Shown here: positions 9,092-17,222 of the stretch, in pieces
Numbering within the stretch: position 1 is the first letter of the stretch
How the letters are laid out: each line of letters starts with the position of its first letter
DNA from: a virus
DNA: 39,007 bases
IMG/VR virus record: IMGVR_UViG_3300045988_170670
Span: 1 to 39,007 of that record
Direction: 5' to 3' (one strand)
Translations under genes and position numbers: made by a program
The notes under the pieces: generated by a model
Database searches by the model: none
What the model was told of the DNA's origin: nothing
The model's input: the letters and a program-made list of their open reading frames with translations, nothing else

Positions 9092-9447
9092 GTATTAACA
9101 GTAAACAAAAAGGAGCTAAAGGAGAAAGAGAATTAGCAAATAAGTTAAAAGAATATGGTTATAACTGCAGAAGAACACAACAATTTTGTGGAAATACAGG
9201 ACAAGCTGATGATGTAGTAGGACTTGATTATATACATATTGAGTGTAAAAGAGTTGAAAGGTTAAACATAGATGAAGCAATTGAACAAGCAGTAAGAGAT
9301 ACAAGAGACAATAAGTTTCCAACTGTGTTTCATAGGAAAAATAGAAAAGACTGGCTAGTTACAATGAAACTAAATGACTGGATCCAACTTTACGGAGAAT
9401 ATTATTCAAGCATGAAACTTGAAGAAAGAGGAGAAGGCTATGAGTAG
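9088..9447 (+). CDS. PD-(D/E)XK nuclease, Holliday-junction-resolvase-like
   Basis: KGERELANKLKEYGYNCRRTQQFCGNTGQADDVVGLDYIHIECKRV. Confidence 0.8.
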   Translation: MSINSKQKGAKGERELANKLKEYGYNCRRTQQFCGNTGQADDVVGLDYIHIECKRVERLNIDEAIEQAVRDTRDNKFPTVFHRKNRKDWLVTMKLNDWIQLYGEYYSSMKLEERGEGYE

Positions 9448-9932
9448 TAATAAAAAAGCAAAAGAAGCATTGATAAAATTATATGGCAAAGAGTGCTTTA
9501 TAGAAAAACTACATTTAAGACCTGATACGGAAAGAAAATATACTGGTAAAGCACAATATCACAGAATGAAACAATTAACTTATCATCATATACAAGAGAA
9601 ATCAAAAGGACGGAAAAGCAACAGTTGAAAATGGAGCATTATTATCAGCAGAAAATCACGAATGGTTTAATAGGCAAAGTAAAGAAAAACAAAGACAAAT
9701 GAATGATATGTTTCAAGAACATAAAAGACAGCTAGATTATGGATTCAAAATAGCAGTAGCAGAACTAACAGCCAAGGGAATTAAACAAGTAGAATTAATA
9801 GAATCAAAAACAGAGAAAGTAATAGAAATACCCGCCTATGAAACGACACTAGAAGAACAAAAAGCGTTCGAGGAATATAAGAGGAAAAGAAATCAGAGAG
9901 TGTTGAATAAGTTCAAGGGAGAGGAAAGATGA
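9440..9932 (+). CDS. HNH-type phage protein split between two frames at CGG 9611-9613
   Basis: CFIEKLHLRPDTERK...QYHRMKQLTYHHIQEKSKG | GKATVENGALLSAENHEWFNRQSKEKQ...; the ORF track shows only the two halves (9419-9628 and 9699-9932). Confidence 0.8.
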
Positions 9933-10126
9933 AAAGAAGAAATGAAGGTATTTATGCACTATACAAGGGAGATAAGTTCATAACCGAAGGCACTAAAAAA
10001 GAGATAGCAAAATGTATAGGTGTGAAAGTAAATACAATATCATATTATGCAACAAAAGCGTATGAAAAAAGGATGAAAAAATATAAACATAAAAAAGGGT
10101 GCAAGATACTTATAAGAATTGATTAG
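9929..10126 (+). CDS. Small HTH-like hypothetical protein
   Basis: ORF with GGGAGAGG RBS, ATGA overlap. Confidence 0.55.
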   Translation: MKRRNEGIYALYKGDKFITEGTKKEIAKCIGVKVNTISYYATKAYEKRMKKYKHKKGCKILIRID

Positions 10127-10139
10127 AAAGGAGAAAACA

Positions 10140-10565
10140 ATGGCGATAAAAAATTACACAACAACAATAAATGTGAATAAGACAATAGAAGAAATACAGG
10201 GAATTTTAAGTAAACACGGAGCTACAGCGATCATGACAGAATACGACAATGGAAATGTGACAGGATTAAGTTTTAAAATTATGACTCCTAGAGGAGAACT
10301 AGGCATAAGATTACCTTCAAATACAGATAGAGTATTACAAGTTTTAAAAAAACAAAAAAAGAACAATACTAAAGTCAAAAATACTTTTGAACAAGCGAAT
10401 AAAGTGGCGTGGCGAATTATAAAAGACTGGATAGATGCACAAATGGCGATATTAGAAACAGAAATGGTTGAAATGGAAGAGATATTTTTACCATACATGA
10501 TAAATAATGATGGACAAACATTATATCAAGCATTTAAAAATAATCAATTAATGTTAGGAGAGTAG
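10140..10565 (+). CDS. Hypothetical phage protein
   Basis: GGAG RBS; MAIKNYTTTINVNKTIEEIQGILSKHGA. Confidence 0.65.
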   Translation: MAIKNYTTTINVNKTIEEIQGILSKHGATAIMTEYDNGNVTGLSFKIMTPRGELGIRLPSNTDRVLQVLKKQKKNNTKVKNTFEQANKVAWRIIKDWIDAQMAILETEMVEMEEIFLPYMINNDGQTLYQAFKNNQLMLGE

Positions 10566-10567
10566 CT

Positions 10568-10984
10568 ATGGGAAATATGATAGAAGTAGGAGAGTATGTA
10601 AGAACTGCAGATGGCAAGATAGGAACCTTTGTAAGATATAGCTCAAGAAAAGCAAATAGTTTTTATAAATGCCCAGCCGATTGTTTTATAAAATTACCTG
10701 GCAGAAAATCAAATCTACAATGTTTTAGGGATTATATAGTAAAACACAGCAAAAATCTAATAGATTTAATAGAAGTGAAAGATGTTATTAAATATAGAAT
10801 AGACAATATTCCAACAACATTAGGAACAAAAGGCTATAAAGGTTATATTGAAGGAATTATAGATATATCAGATGAAGAAATGTTACAAGAAATAAAGAGT
10901 GATAAAGATTATCATATATTAGAAATACTAACAAAAGAAAGTTATATGGCTAATTGCTATAAAGTAGGTGAAGAAGAATGTTAA
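10568..10984 (+). CDS. Hypothetical protein
   Basis: ORF with GGAG RBS. Confidence 0.55.
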   Translation: MGNMIEVGEYVRTADGKIGTFVRYSSRKANSFYKCPADCFIKLPGRKSNLQCFRDYIVKHSKNLIDLIEVKDVIKYRIDNIPTTLGTKGYKGYIEGIIDISDEEMLQEIKSDKDYHILEILTKESYMANCYKVGEEEC

Positions 10985-11301
10985 TATTACCAATTAAAAA
11001 GAAATGGTTTGACATGATTGCAAGTGGAGAGAAGAAAGAAGAGTATAGAGAAATAAAGCCATACTGGACTAAAAGGTTTGAAAATTATTATGAAATAGCA
11101 AAATTAAATATTGAACTAGAATGTCCAAATTTTAAAGAAATTTATTATAGGGTAGTATTTAGAAATGGATATGGAAACAATGCTCCTCAAATGACCTGTG
11201 TGTGTAAATTAAGAGTAGGACAAGGCAAAGAAGAATGGGGAGCTGAGAAAGGTAAAGAATATTATGTATTAGAAATATTAAAGATAGTAGGAGGAGAATA
11301 G
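10978..11301 (+). CDS. ASCH-domain protein
   Basis: MLILPIKKKWFDMIASGEKKEEYREIKPYWTKRFE. Confidence 0.75.
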   Translation: MLILPIKKKWFDMIASGEKKEEYREIKPYWTKRFENYYEIAKLNIELECPNFKEIYYRVVFRNGYGNNAPQMTCVCKLRVGQGKEEWGAEKGKEYYVLEILKIVGGE

Positions 11302-11305
11302 ATAA

Positions 11306-11979
11306 ATGTATTATTGTTTATTTGAACAAAGCGGAACATTTAAAAATGAATTTAAAAAGCTTCGGATATGAAGCGGTCGACTATGACATACAAAATGAAT
11401 TTAATGAAACAGATGTAATAATAGATTTATTCAAAGAAATAGAAAAAGCATATAACAAAGAAAAAAGCATATTTGATAATATAACTGACAAAGATACAAT
11501 ATTAGCCTTTTTTCCGTGTATAAGATTTGAAAATCAAATTGAGCTGCATTTTAGAGGAACTTGTAATTCGTTGAGAAAATGGTCAGATGAACAAAAACTA
11601 GAATATGACCTAAAATTACATAGAGAATTAGATTTGATGTATGAAACGATAACAAAATTAGCAATAGTGTGCATTAGAAAGAAAATACCATTAATAATTG
11701 AGAATCCATATTCAACAACGCACTATTTAGTCAAATATTGGGCTATACCAAGTAAGATTATAGATAAAGACAGAACTTTACGTGGAGATTACTACGAAAA
11801 GCCAACCCAGTACTGGTTCATAAATTGTGAACCTAAATACAACATGATTTTTGAAGCCTATAGCTGGAATAAGAAGAAAAACATTGGACATACAAATCCA
11901 CGGAGCAGAAAGAAGTTTAATAGCACCAGAATACGCAAACAGATTTATAAGAGAATTTATAGTAGATGTAAAGGAGTAA
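11306..11979 (+). CDS. C5-methylase-like phage protein, spread over three frame segments joined at CGG 11363-11365 and CGG 11901-11903
   Basis: RBS AGGAGGAG then MYYCLFEQSGTFKNEFKKL | GYEAVDYDIQNEF...AFFPCIRFENQ...PLIIENPY...NIGHTNP | GAERSLIAPEYANRFIREFIVDVKE*. Confidence 0.75.
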
Positions 11980-11986
11980 ATAAGAT

Positions 11987-12178
11987 ATGTCATTTAGTGC
12001 AACAAAATTTATAGAAAAATAAATTACTAACACAAGAGGATTATGCAAAAGTTGTAAATTTTATAAAACAGCAAAAATAGTAGATGAAGTAGAAATTTGT
12101 ACATTAAGTGACAAATTTTTAATTCCAGAATATGAGCCTAATTATACTTGTAGAAATTTTGAGAGGAGTGATACATAG
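11987..12178 (+). CDS. Small Cys-containing protein interrupted by an in-frame TAA at 12020-12022
   Basis: AAGGAG RBS, MSFSATKFIEK*ITNTRGLCKSCKFYKTAKIVDEVEICTLSDKFLIPEYEPNYTCRNF. Confidence 0.4.
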
Positions 12179-12408
12179 TGAAAACAGCTGATGAGATGTT
12201 TGAAGAATTAGGATATGAAATTTTATTTAAGAATGAAAAAATGATTCAATATGAATTTGAAGGATTTTATATGGACACTGAAATAAAATTTGACCTAAAA
12301 GGAAAAACAGTATTAAAAGAATATTCAACAGGAGAAAGTCAAGAAATTACAATGGAAGAACTCCAAGTAATAAATAAGAAAGTAGAGGAATTGGGATGGC
12401 TAGAGTAA
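12178..12408 (+). CDS. Hypothetical protein
   Basis: ORF, GTG start overlapping the preceding TAG; GAGAGGAG RBS. Confidence 0.6.
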   Translation: MKTADEMFEELGYEILFKNEKMIQYEFEGFYMDTEIKFDLKGKTVLKEYSTGESQEITMEELQVINKKVEELGWLE

Positions 12409-12659
12409 AAAAGATAATTCAAACAATAAAACTTCACAAATTTAAAACTGAAGTGAATAAAAAAATTATAGAAGAAATGGACGAAAGTAGTTATTTAGTT
12501 TGGTATAAAGATGGTACTTGTAAAGAAGTTAATTTTAAAGATGATTTAATAGATATATTAAGTAAAGACCATATAAAACCGATACGATATATTTTTAATA
12601 TGTCAGATAGAATTATAGTAGATAGAAAGATATATATAAATACTGAGGGGGTGCTTTAA
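12396..12659 (+). CDS. Hypothetical protein
   Basis: ORF, translationally overlapping. Confidence 0.5.
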   Translation: MARVKKIIQTIKLHKFKTEVNKKIIEEMDESSYLVWYKDGTCKEVNFKDDLIDILSKDHIKPIRYIFNMSDRIIVDRKIYINTEGVL

Positions 12660-13037
12660 GTGAAAGAAAATAGAAAATCAGCAATATATGCTTTTGGAGA
12701 TTATGACACAGTTTATGTTCCAAAAGATATGACTTTAGAGGAAGCAATAGAATGGTACACAAAAGAATATGACGAGATAGAAGAAAACGAAATTGATGAA
12801 GTTGATTATACAAATGGATTTTGGGATTGTAATATTCCAAAAGAAAAATTAAAAGAAATAGGTGAAGGTTGGTATAATGGAGACCAATGGAATCTAAATA
12901 AAAACGGAAAAATACAAGAAGGAACTATAGAAGCTATACAAGGGGATTTATATATATTTAAAACATTTGAAACAGCTTTAAAAGAAAATGAGAAACTAGG
13001 TTCAGATATATTTGTATTGTGTTCAGAAATATTTTAG
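12660..13037 (+). CDS. Hypothetical protein
   Basis: ORF with GGGGG-type RBS. Confidence 0.55.
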   Translation: MKENRKSAIYAFGDYDTVYVPKDMTLEEAIEWYTKEYDEIEENEIDEVDYTNGFWDCNIPKEKLKEIGEGWYNGDQWNLNKNGKIQEGTIEAIQGDLYIFKTFETALKENEKLGSDIFVLCSEIF

Positions 13038-13049
13038 GAGGAGTTTTAA

Positions 13050-13577
13050 GTGAAAGAAAATAGTATTAAGAATGAACGAAGTTCTATAGAAGAAGCTGTA
13101 AAAACAATGGAACATTGGGTAGAGTACGAGAAAAACAATAAAGACAAAATAAATAAAGCTGACGAATTGATTTATATTCAAGAAATAGTTTTATCAGATT
13201 ATAAAAGAGTATTAAAAGAGAATGAAGAATTAAAAGAAGAAAGAGAAATAGTAGGAATACCAGTAAGAAATAAAAGAGATGGGAAAATAGGAATAGTATT
13301 ACATCAATGGAAAAATGGAAGTGTTGCAGTATTAGAAAGTATAAATCCACGAGTAATAAATACTCACGATAGTTGGAATACATTAGAAATAGTAACAGAT
13401 GAAGTAAAACAAACTCAAACAAAATGTGAAACTATTCCAGTTTCTTTAGTAAAAGACAAGATAGAAGAATTAAAAAAGAAAGTAGAAGAGCTGACAGACG
13501 AGAAAGGTTATTGGGGTGGCAGTGATTTATTAGAACAGATAAAAGTTTTACAAGAATTATTAGAAAAGGAGCAATAA
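13050..13577 (+). CDS. Hypothetical coiled-coil protein
   Basis: ORF with GGAGG RBS. Confidence 0.55.
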   Translation: MKENSIKNERSSIEEAVKTMEHWVEYEKNNKDKINKADELIYIQEIVLSDYKRVLKENEELKEEREIVGIPVRNKRDGKIGIVLHQWKNGSVAVLESINPRVINTHDSWNTLEIVTDEVKQTQTKCETIPVSLVKDKIEELKKKVEELTDEKGYWGGSDLLEQIKVLQELLEKEQ

Positions 13578-13578
13578 T

Positions 13579-13797
13579 ATGAACGAAGAAGAAAAGAAAG
13601 CAATTGAATATAGTAAAAATTGTTTAATGAAAATAACTTTGGGAATAGATTGTGAATTTGATGTAAATATATTGGACACACTTTTAAATACTATTAAAAA
13701 ACTACAGAAAGAGAATGAAGACATAACACAACAAAGAGATTATTATAAAGCACGATACAATGAATTTAATGAAGCATTTATAAAAATGAAAAGCTAG
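13579..13797 (+). CDS. Hypothetical coiled-coil protein
   Basis: ORF with AAGGAG RBS. Confidence 0.5.
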   Translation: MNEEEKKAIEYSKNCLMKITLGIDCEFDVNILDTLLNTIKKLQKENEDITQQRDYYKARYNEFNEAFIKMKS

Positions 13798-13812
13798 GGA
13801 GGACAAAAGATA

Positions 13813-14004
13813 ATGGAAGTACCAGAAACATTTAGAGGTATGAAAAAAGTAAAAGAATACCCTAATCACGTACTATATGAAAAGACATTAGTAGATAAGT
13901 GGGGAGAAGAACATACAGTAAAAGAATGTATTACATATCACGATCTAGGATTTACAACTAAACAAATAAGAGATAGAAAAATAAATGCATCTATGCATTT
14001 GTAA
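13813..14004 (+). CDS. Small hypothetical protein
   Basis: ORF with GGGAGG RBS. Confidence 0.5.
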   Translation: MEVPETFRGMKKVKEYPNHVLYEKTLVDKWGEEHTVKECITYHDLGFTTKQIRDRKINASMHL

Positions 14005-14019
14005 ACGAAGGAGGAAAAC

Positions 14020-14449
14020 ATGGAAAGGTTAAGTAAAGAAGAATATAGAGAAGCAAAAGGCTGCTTAAAAAGATATAATTATAATTGTATTAATATAATA
14101 AATATTCAAAGAGATATATTAAATATAAGTGTAGCACCATGTGATGGATTACCCAAAGCTCCATATTCGGTTGGAGATAATACTTTAAATAAAGTAATAA
14201 AGTTAGAAGAAAATGAAGAATTACAAAAATCAATTAGAGAATATAAAGCAGTTATTCAAGCACTGCTGTTAGTAGATTCAATAGCAAACGATATATTTGA
14301 AGAGGAATATCAGAAGCGGCGAAGAAAACAAATGGAACATAATAGATAAGCTTAATATAAGTGAAGATGTTTATAAAAGAAGAAAAAGAAAACTTATATA
14401 TACAGTACATAAAGAATTAAATAAAATAAAAGAAAACTTACAACCGTAA
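14020..14449 (+). CDS. ArpU/RinA-like late transcriptional regulator, split at CGG 14317-14319
   Basis: ...IANDIFEEEYQK | GEENKWNIIDKLNISEDVYKRRKRKLIYTVHKELNKIKENLQP*; the restored C-terminus is a sigma-region-4-like HTH and its stop lies within the terminator hairpin. Confidence 0.75.
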
Positions 14450-14467
14450 AGGCTGTAAGTTTTTTAA
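14438..14467 (+). terminator. Rho-independent terminator closing the early/middle operon
   Basis: CTTACAACC-gtaaa-GGCTGTAAG followed by T run. Confidence 0.7.
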
Positions 14468-14485
14468 AAAAAGTTTAAAAAAGCA

Positions 14486-14514
14486 TTGACATACTACGCG
14501 CAGTAGTGTATAAT
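14486..14514 (+). promoter_or_regulatory. Consensus promoter TTGACA-17-TATAAT with an inverted repeat in the spacer
   Basis: TTGACA 14486-14491, TATAAT 14509-14514, spacer TACTACGCGCAGTAGTG containing ACTAC/GTAGT. Confidence 0.85.
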
Positions 14515-14545
14515 ATATACATACCAAGAGGAAAGGGGTGAGAAA

Positions 14546-14665
14546 ATGATACTAAAGAAATTATTAAAAAAACAAAAAGAGCCGACCTTCATAAAGAAAG
14601 TCGACAAATGGCAAACTGAAATGTACTTATACAAATTAAATCAAGAACGACAAGCACAAAAGTAA
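14546..14665 (+). CDS. 39-aa basic hypothetical protein
   Basis: GGAAAGGGGTG RBS; MILKKLLKKQKEPTFIKKVDKWQTEMYLYKLNQERQAQK. Confidence 0.5.
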   Translation: MILKKLLKKQKEPTFIKKVDKWQTEMYLYKLNQERQAQK

Positions 14666-14727
14666 GCCATAGTAGAGAGGGAAGTGCAATTCCCTCTTTG
14701 CAAATATTATAAAAGGGAAGTGATAAT

Positions 14728-14898
14728 ATGTCAAGAGATTATAAAAAAGAAAACGCATGGAAAAAGAATAAATATGAAGAAGTAAGAGGAAATATCGATA
14801 AAGAACTAGGAACAGAACTAAAAGCAAAACTAAAAGAAGAAGGAATATCAATAGCAGAATGGATTACTAATAATGCAAAAAAATATTTAAAAAAATAA
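14728..14898 (+). CDS. 56-aa hypothetical protein, possibly RHH-like
   Basis: GGGAAGTG RBS; MSRDYKKENAWKKNKYEEVRGNIDKELGTELKAKLKEEGISIAEWITNNAKKYLKK. Confidence 0.55.
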   Translation: MSRDYKKENAWKKNKYEEVRGNIDKELGTELKAKLKEEGISIAEWITNNAKKYLKK

Positions 14899-14972
14899 AT
14901 TGCCCTTTTTTTGCCCTTTTTTTATAAAAAAACCGTGTTATAATTGTATTGTGAAAAAGTGAATATAAGTTC

Positions 14973-14997
14973 AAGAGCTAGAAAATAGCTCTTTTTT
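14973..14997 (+). terminator. Rho-independent terminator
   Basis: AGAGCTA-gaaaa-TAGCTCT followed by TTTTT. Confidence 0.75.
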
Positions 14998-15114
14998 CAT
15001 GCTTTCATATAATCAATGATACTAGATAGTTGATGTTTCTCCTTTTTATAAATTAAAATTGCTCTCCTAAAATAAATTTATTATGAGTGATTCTAGTTAT
15101 ACTCGTATAAATAG

Positions 15115-15211
15115 TACGTAGCAATATAAAAAATCATTTAGTCTTGTTGTCGGAATGACATTGAAGCGAGCAAATAAGACTAACTCGCTATGATACATGT
15201 ATTGTTACGTA
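15115..15211 (+). ncRNA. Candidate structured RNA with outer stem and H-type pseudoknot
   Basis: Outer stem TACGTAGCAATA (15115-15126) with TATTGTTACGTA (15200-15211); TTAGTCTT (15138-15145) with AAGACTAA (15176-15183); interleaved AGCGAG (15165-15170) with CTCGCT (15184-15189). Confidence 0.4.
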
Positions 15212-15246
15212 GTGTTTATATTAATAAAACAAAGGAATAAAAGGAA

Positions 15247-15531
15247 ATGGTAAGTGAATTATGTCTAAAATACAAATGCAAAGAGTGTCCAGAACAAGTA
15301 AAATGTTACGGTTGCGAACATAATTACATATTAATAAAAAAAGAAACAGCAAGTAATCTATATAAATGTACAAAATGTGGAAACAAATTAAGACTTAACA
15401 AAAACAATACATGCTGTGAATGTATAAACTCATGTAAAAACAAAATACAAAGTGTAATAGATAAAGAGAAGGGAATATATAAGAAGTGTAGTGGATTTGA
15501 AAAAGAGAAGGAAGAGGAGAAAATATTATAA
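15247..15531 (+). CDS. Cys-rich zinc-binding hypothetical protein
   Basis: CKECPEQVKCYGCEHNY...YKCTKCGNKLRL...CCECINSCKN. Confidence 0.6.
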   Translation: MVSELCLKYKCKECPEQVKCYGCEHNYILIKKETASNLYKCTKCGNKLRLNKNNTCCECINSCKNKIQSVIDKEKGIYKKCSGFEKEKEEEKIL

Positions 15532-15859
15532 TTGGGAGTTAGAAATAGCAAAAGGAAATACTGATAAATTTTATAACTCTACAGATTTTGATATAGCAAG
15601 AGAGCAAGTATTAAAAAGAGATAAAAATATATGTCAATTTTTTTTAGGCAAATGGAATGATGGCAAACATTTTCCAAATAAAATCAAAATAATAAAAGCA
15701 GAAATAGTACATCATATTATACCAATTAAACAAAGACCTGATTTAGCATTAGATATTAATAATATGGTAAGTTTAAGTTTTGAAGCACATGAGATTGTAG
15801 AAAATAAAAATAGATTTAAATATAAAAAAAGAAAAAGAATTACGCAAGAAAGGTGGTAA
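15491..15859 (+). CDS. HNH endonuclease (start codon uncertain)
   Basis: AREQVLKRDKNICQFFLGKWNDGKHFPNKIKIIKAEIVHHIIPIKQRPDLALDINNMVSLSFEAHE. Confidence 0.85.
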   Translation: MDLKKRRKRRKYYNWELEIAKGNTDKFYNSTDFDIAREQVLKRDKNICQFFLGKWNDGKHFPNKIKIIKAEIVHHIIPIKQRPDLALDINNMVSLSFEAHEIVENKNRFKYKKRKRITQERW

Positions 15860-15861
15860 CT

Positions 15862-16311
15862 ATGAAGCTAGAACATTTAATGCAGGCATATAAGATTAAT
15901 GAAATAGAAGCGGAACTAAAAGAAGAAACCGAAGCAACAGACATAAATGGCAATAAAGAAAGAGCTGGAGTAATTAGCTTTGGCAACGGAATATCTGCAA
16001 GTTATTTATTAGATGATGAAGAAATAGTAGTAGCAATGAAAATATTCTTTAATTGCCTGGCAAGAAATAGTTTTAAAGTTGATGCACAAATAAGTCATGT
16101 AATTAAAGTTATAACAGTTATGCAAAATACAATAATGTTATTATCTAATATACCTCAAAAAGAATGTAATATGATATTACAAAGTTTAGGATTATTTGAC
16201 AATACATTTACACAAGGAAAACAAATACAACACTTAGACCATACTTATAAGATAGAAATAATAGATGGATTATTATGTTTAAGTATAAATGAAAAAGAGG
16301 AGGAAAGATAA
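15862..16311 (+). CDS. Hypothetical protein
   Basis: ORF with AAGGTGG RBS. Confidence 0.6.
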   Translation: MKLEHLMQAYKINEIEAELKEETEATDINGNKERAGVISFGNGISASYLLDDEEIVVAMKIFFNCLARNSFKVDAQISHVIKVITVMQNTIMLLSNIPQKECNMILQSLGLFDNTFTQGKQIQHLDHTYKIEIIDGLLCLSINEKEEER

Positions 16312-16643
16312 TGGAAACAGATAAAAACATTAAGATAGAACAGAATAGATATAAAGAAACTAGAAGAAGAATTACCAAATTTAGAAATGTATTTGATATG
16401 AGTGATAGAGAAATAATAGAATATTTAGCAGAAGAAATAGAACAGTATAGAGATAGAATAAAAGAACAAAATAGAATAATAGATGAACTAAGTAAAATAA
16501 CAATACAAAGTGAAGAAGTAACATTAGATACAATAGAAGATGAAGTGATGGATAAGGATATAACAGAAATTATATCAACAACCCAATATGCAGATGGGAA
16601 ACCAATACAATCAAAGATAGAATATAAATATAAAGAAATTTAG
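16311..16643 (+). CDS. Hypothetical coiled-coil protein
   Basis: ORF with GAGGAGG RBS, overlapping the preceding stop. Confidence 0.55.
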   Translation: METDKNIKIEQNRYKETRRRITKFRNVFDMSDREIIEYLAEEIEQYRDRIKEQNRIIDELSKITIQSEEVTLDTIEDEVMDKDITEIISTTQYADGKPIQSKIEYKYKEI

Positions 16644-16754
16644 AAGCGGAACACCCCCATCAAAATCTCGGACTAAAACGAGCTTAAGGAGAGCGGGTGT
16701 GTGGTGCAAACTGTTCAAAAAAATCGATTCTTCACGTGAAAGGGGGGTATGAAT
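16644..16754 (+). promoter_or_regulatory. Candidate cos/packaging initiation region
   Basis: Locally GC-rich non-coding spacer immediately before terS with ACACCC...GGGTGT and CTCG...CGAG inverted repeats and a TTCACGTGAA palindrome. Confidence 0.4.
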
Positions 16755-17222
16755 GTGCCAACTAAGAAAAAAACAAACAAAACTATTGAAAATAAAGAGA
16801 AAGAGATGGAAAAACAAGTAAAAAATGTAGAAAAAGTTGTAAAAGCTTTAACAGAGAATGAAAAAAATAAAAGAAAACAGCAAATAGAAAAACAGAAAAG
16901 ACAAAAAATAATAAATGAAAAAGCAGACACAATAAGAGAAGCGCTAAAAGAACAATTAACAAATCAAAACAAATTTGGTGAGCAATTCGATGATATGATA
17001 GAAGATTACATTTTTCTTGTGAGTTTAAAAGAAGAATTGCAATATGACATTAAAATTAAAGGCTTAAGATACAGTTCTATGACAGGAAATGGATATACAA
17101 CGGACAAGCCTAATGAGAGCGTACAAAATCTTTTAAAGGTAAATGGACAAATGCTAAAAATTTTGCAGGAATTAGATTTGAAAGCACCTGAAGAAGAAGG
17201 TGGAGGAGATGATTTACTGTAA
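16755..17222 (+). CDS. Phage terminase small subunit, P27-like
   Basis: MPTKKKTNK...; central YDIKIKGLRYSSMTGNGYTTDKPNESVQNLLKVNGQMLKILQEL; upstream of TerL. Confidence 0.8.
   Translation: MPTKKKTNKTIENKEKEMEKQVKNVEKVVKALTENEKNKRKQQIEKQKRQKIINEKADTIREALKEQLTNQNKFGEQFDDMIEDYIFLVSLKEELQYDIKIKGLRYSSMTGNGYTTDKPNESVQNLLKVNGQMLKILQELDLKAPEEEGGGDDLL

Noticed and set aside
15115-15211. Structured RNA as an unusual quadruplet-reading tRNA
   Set aside because: It lacks acceptor CCA, T-loop and anticodon-arm geometry; the interleaved stems fit a pseudoknot better.
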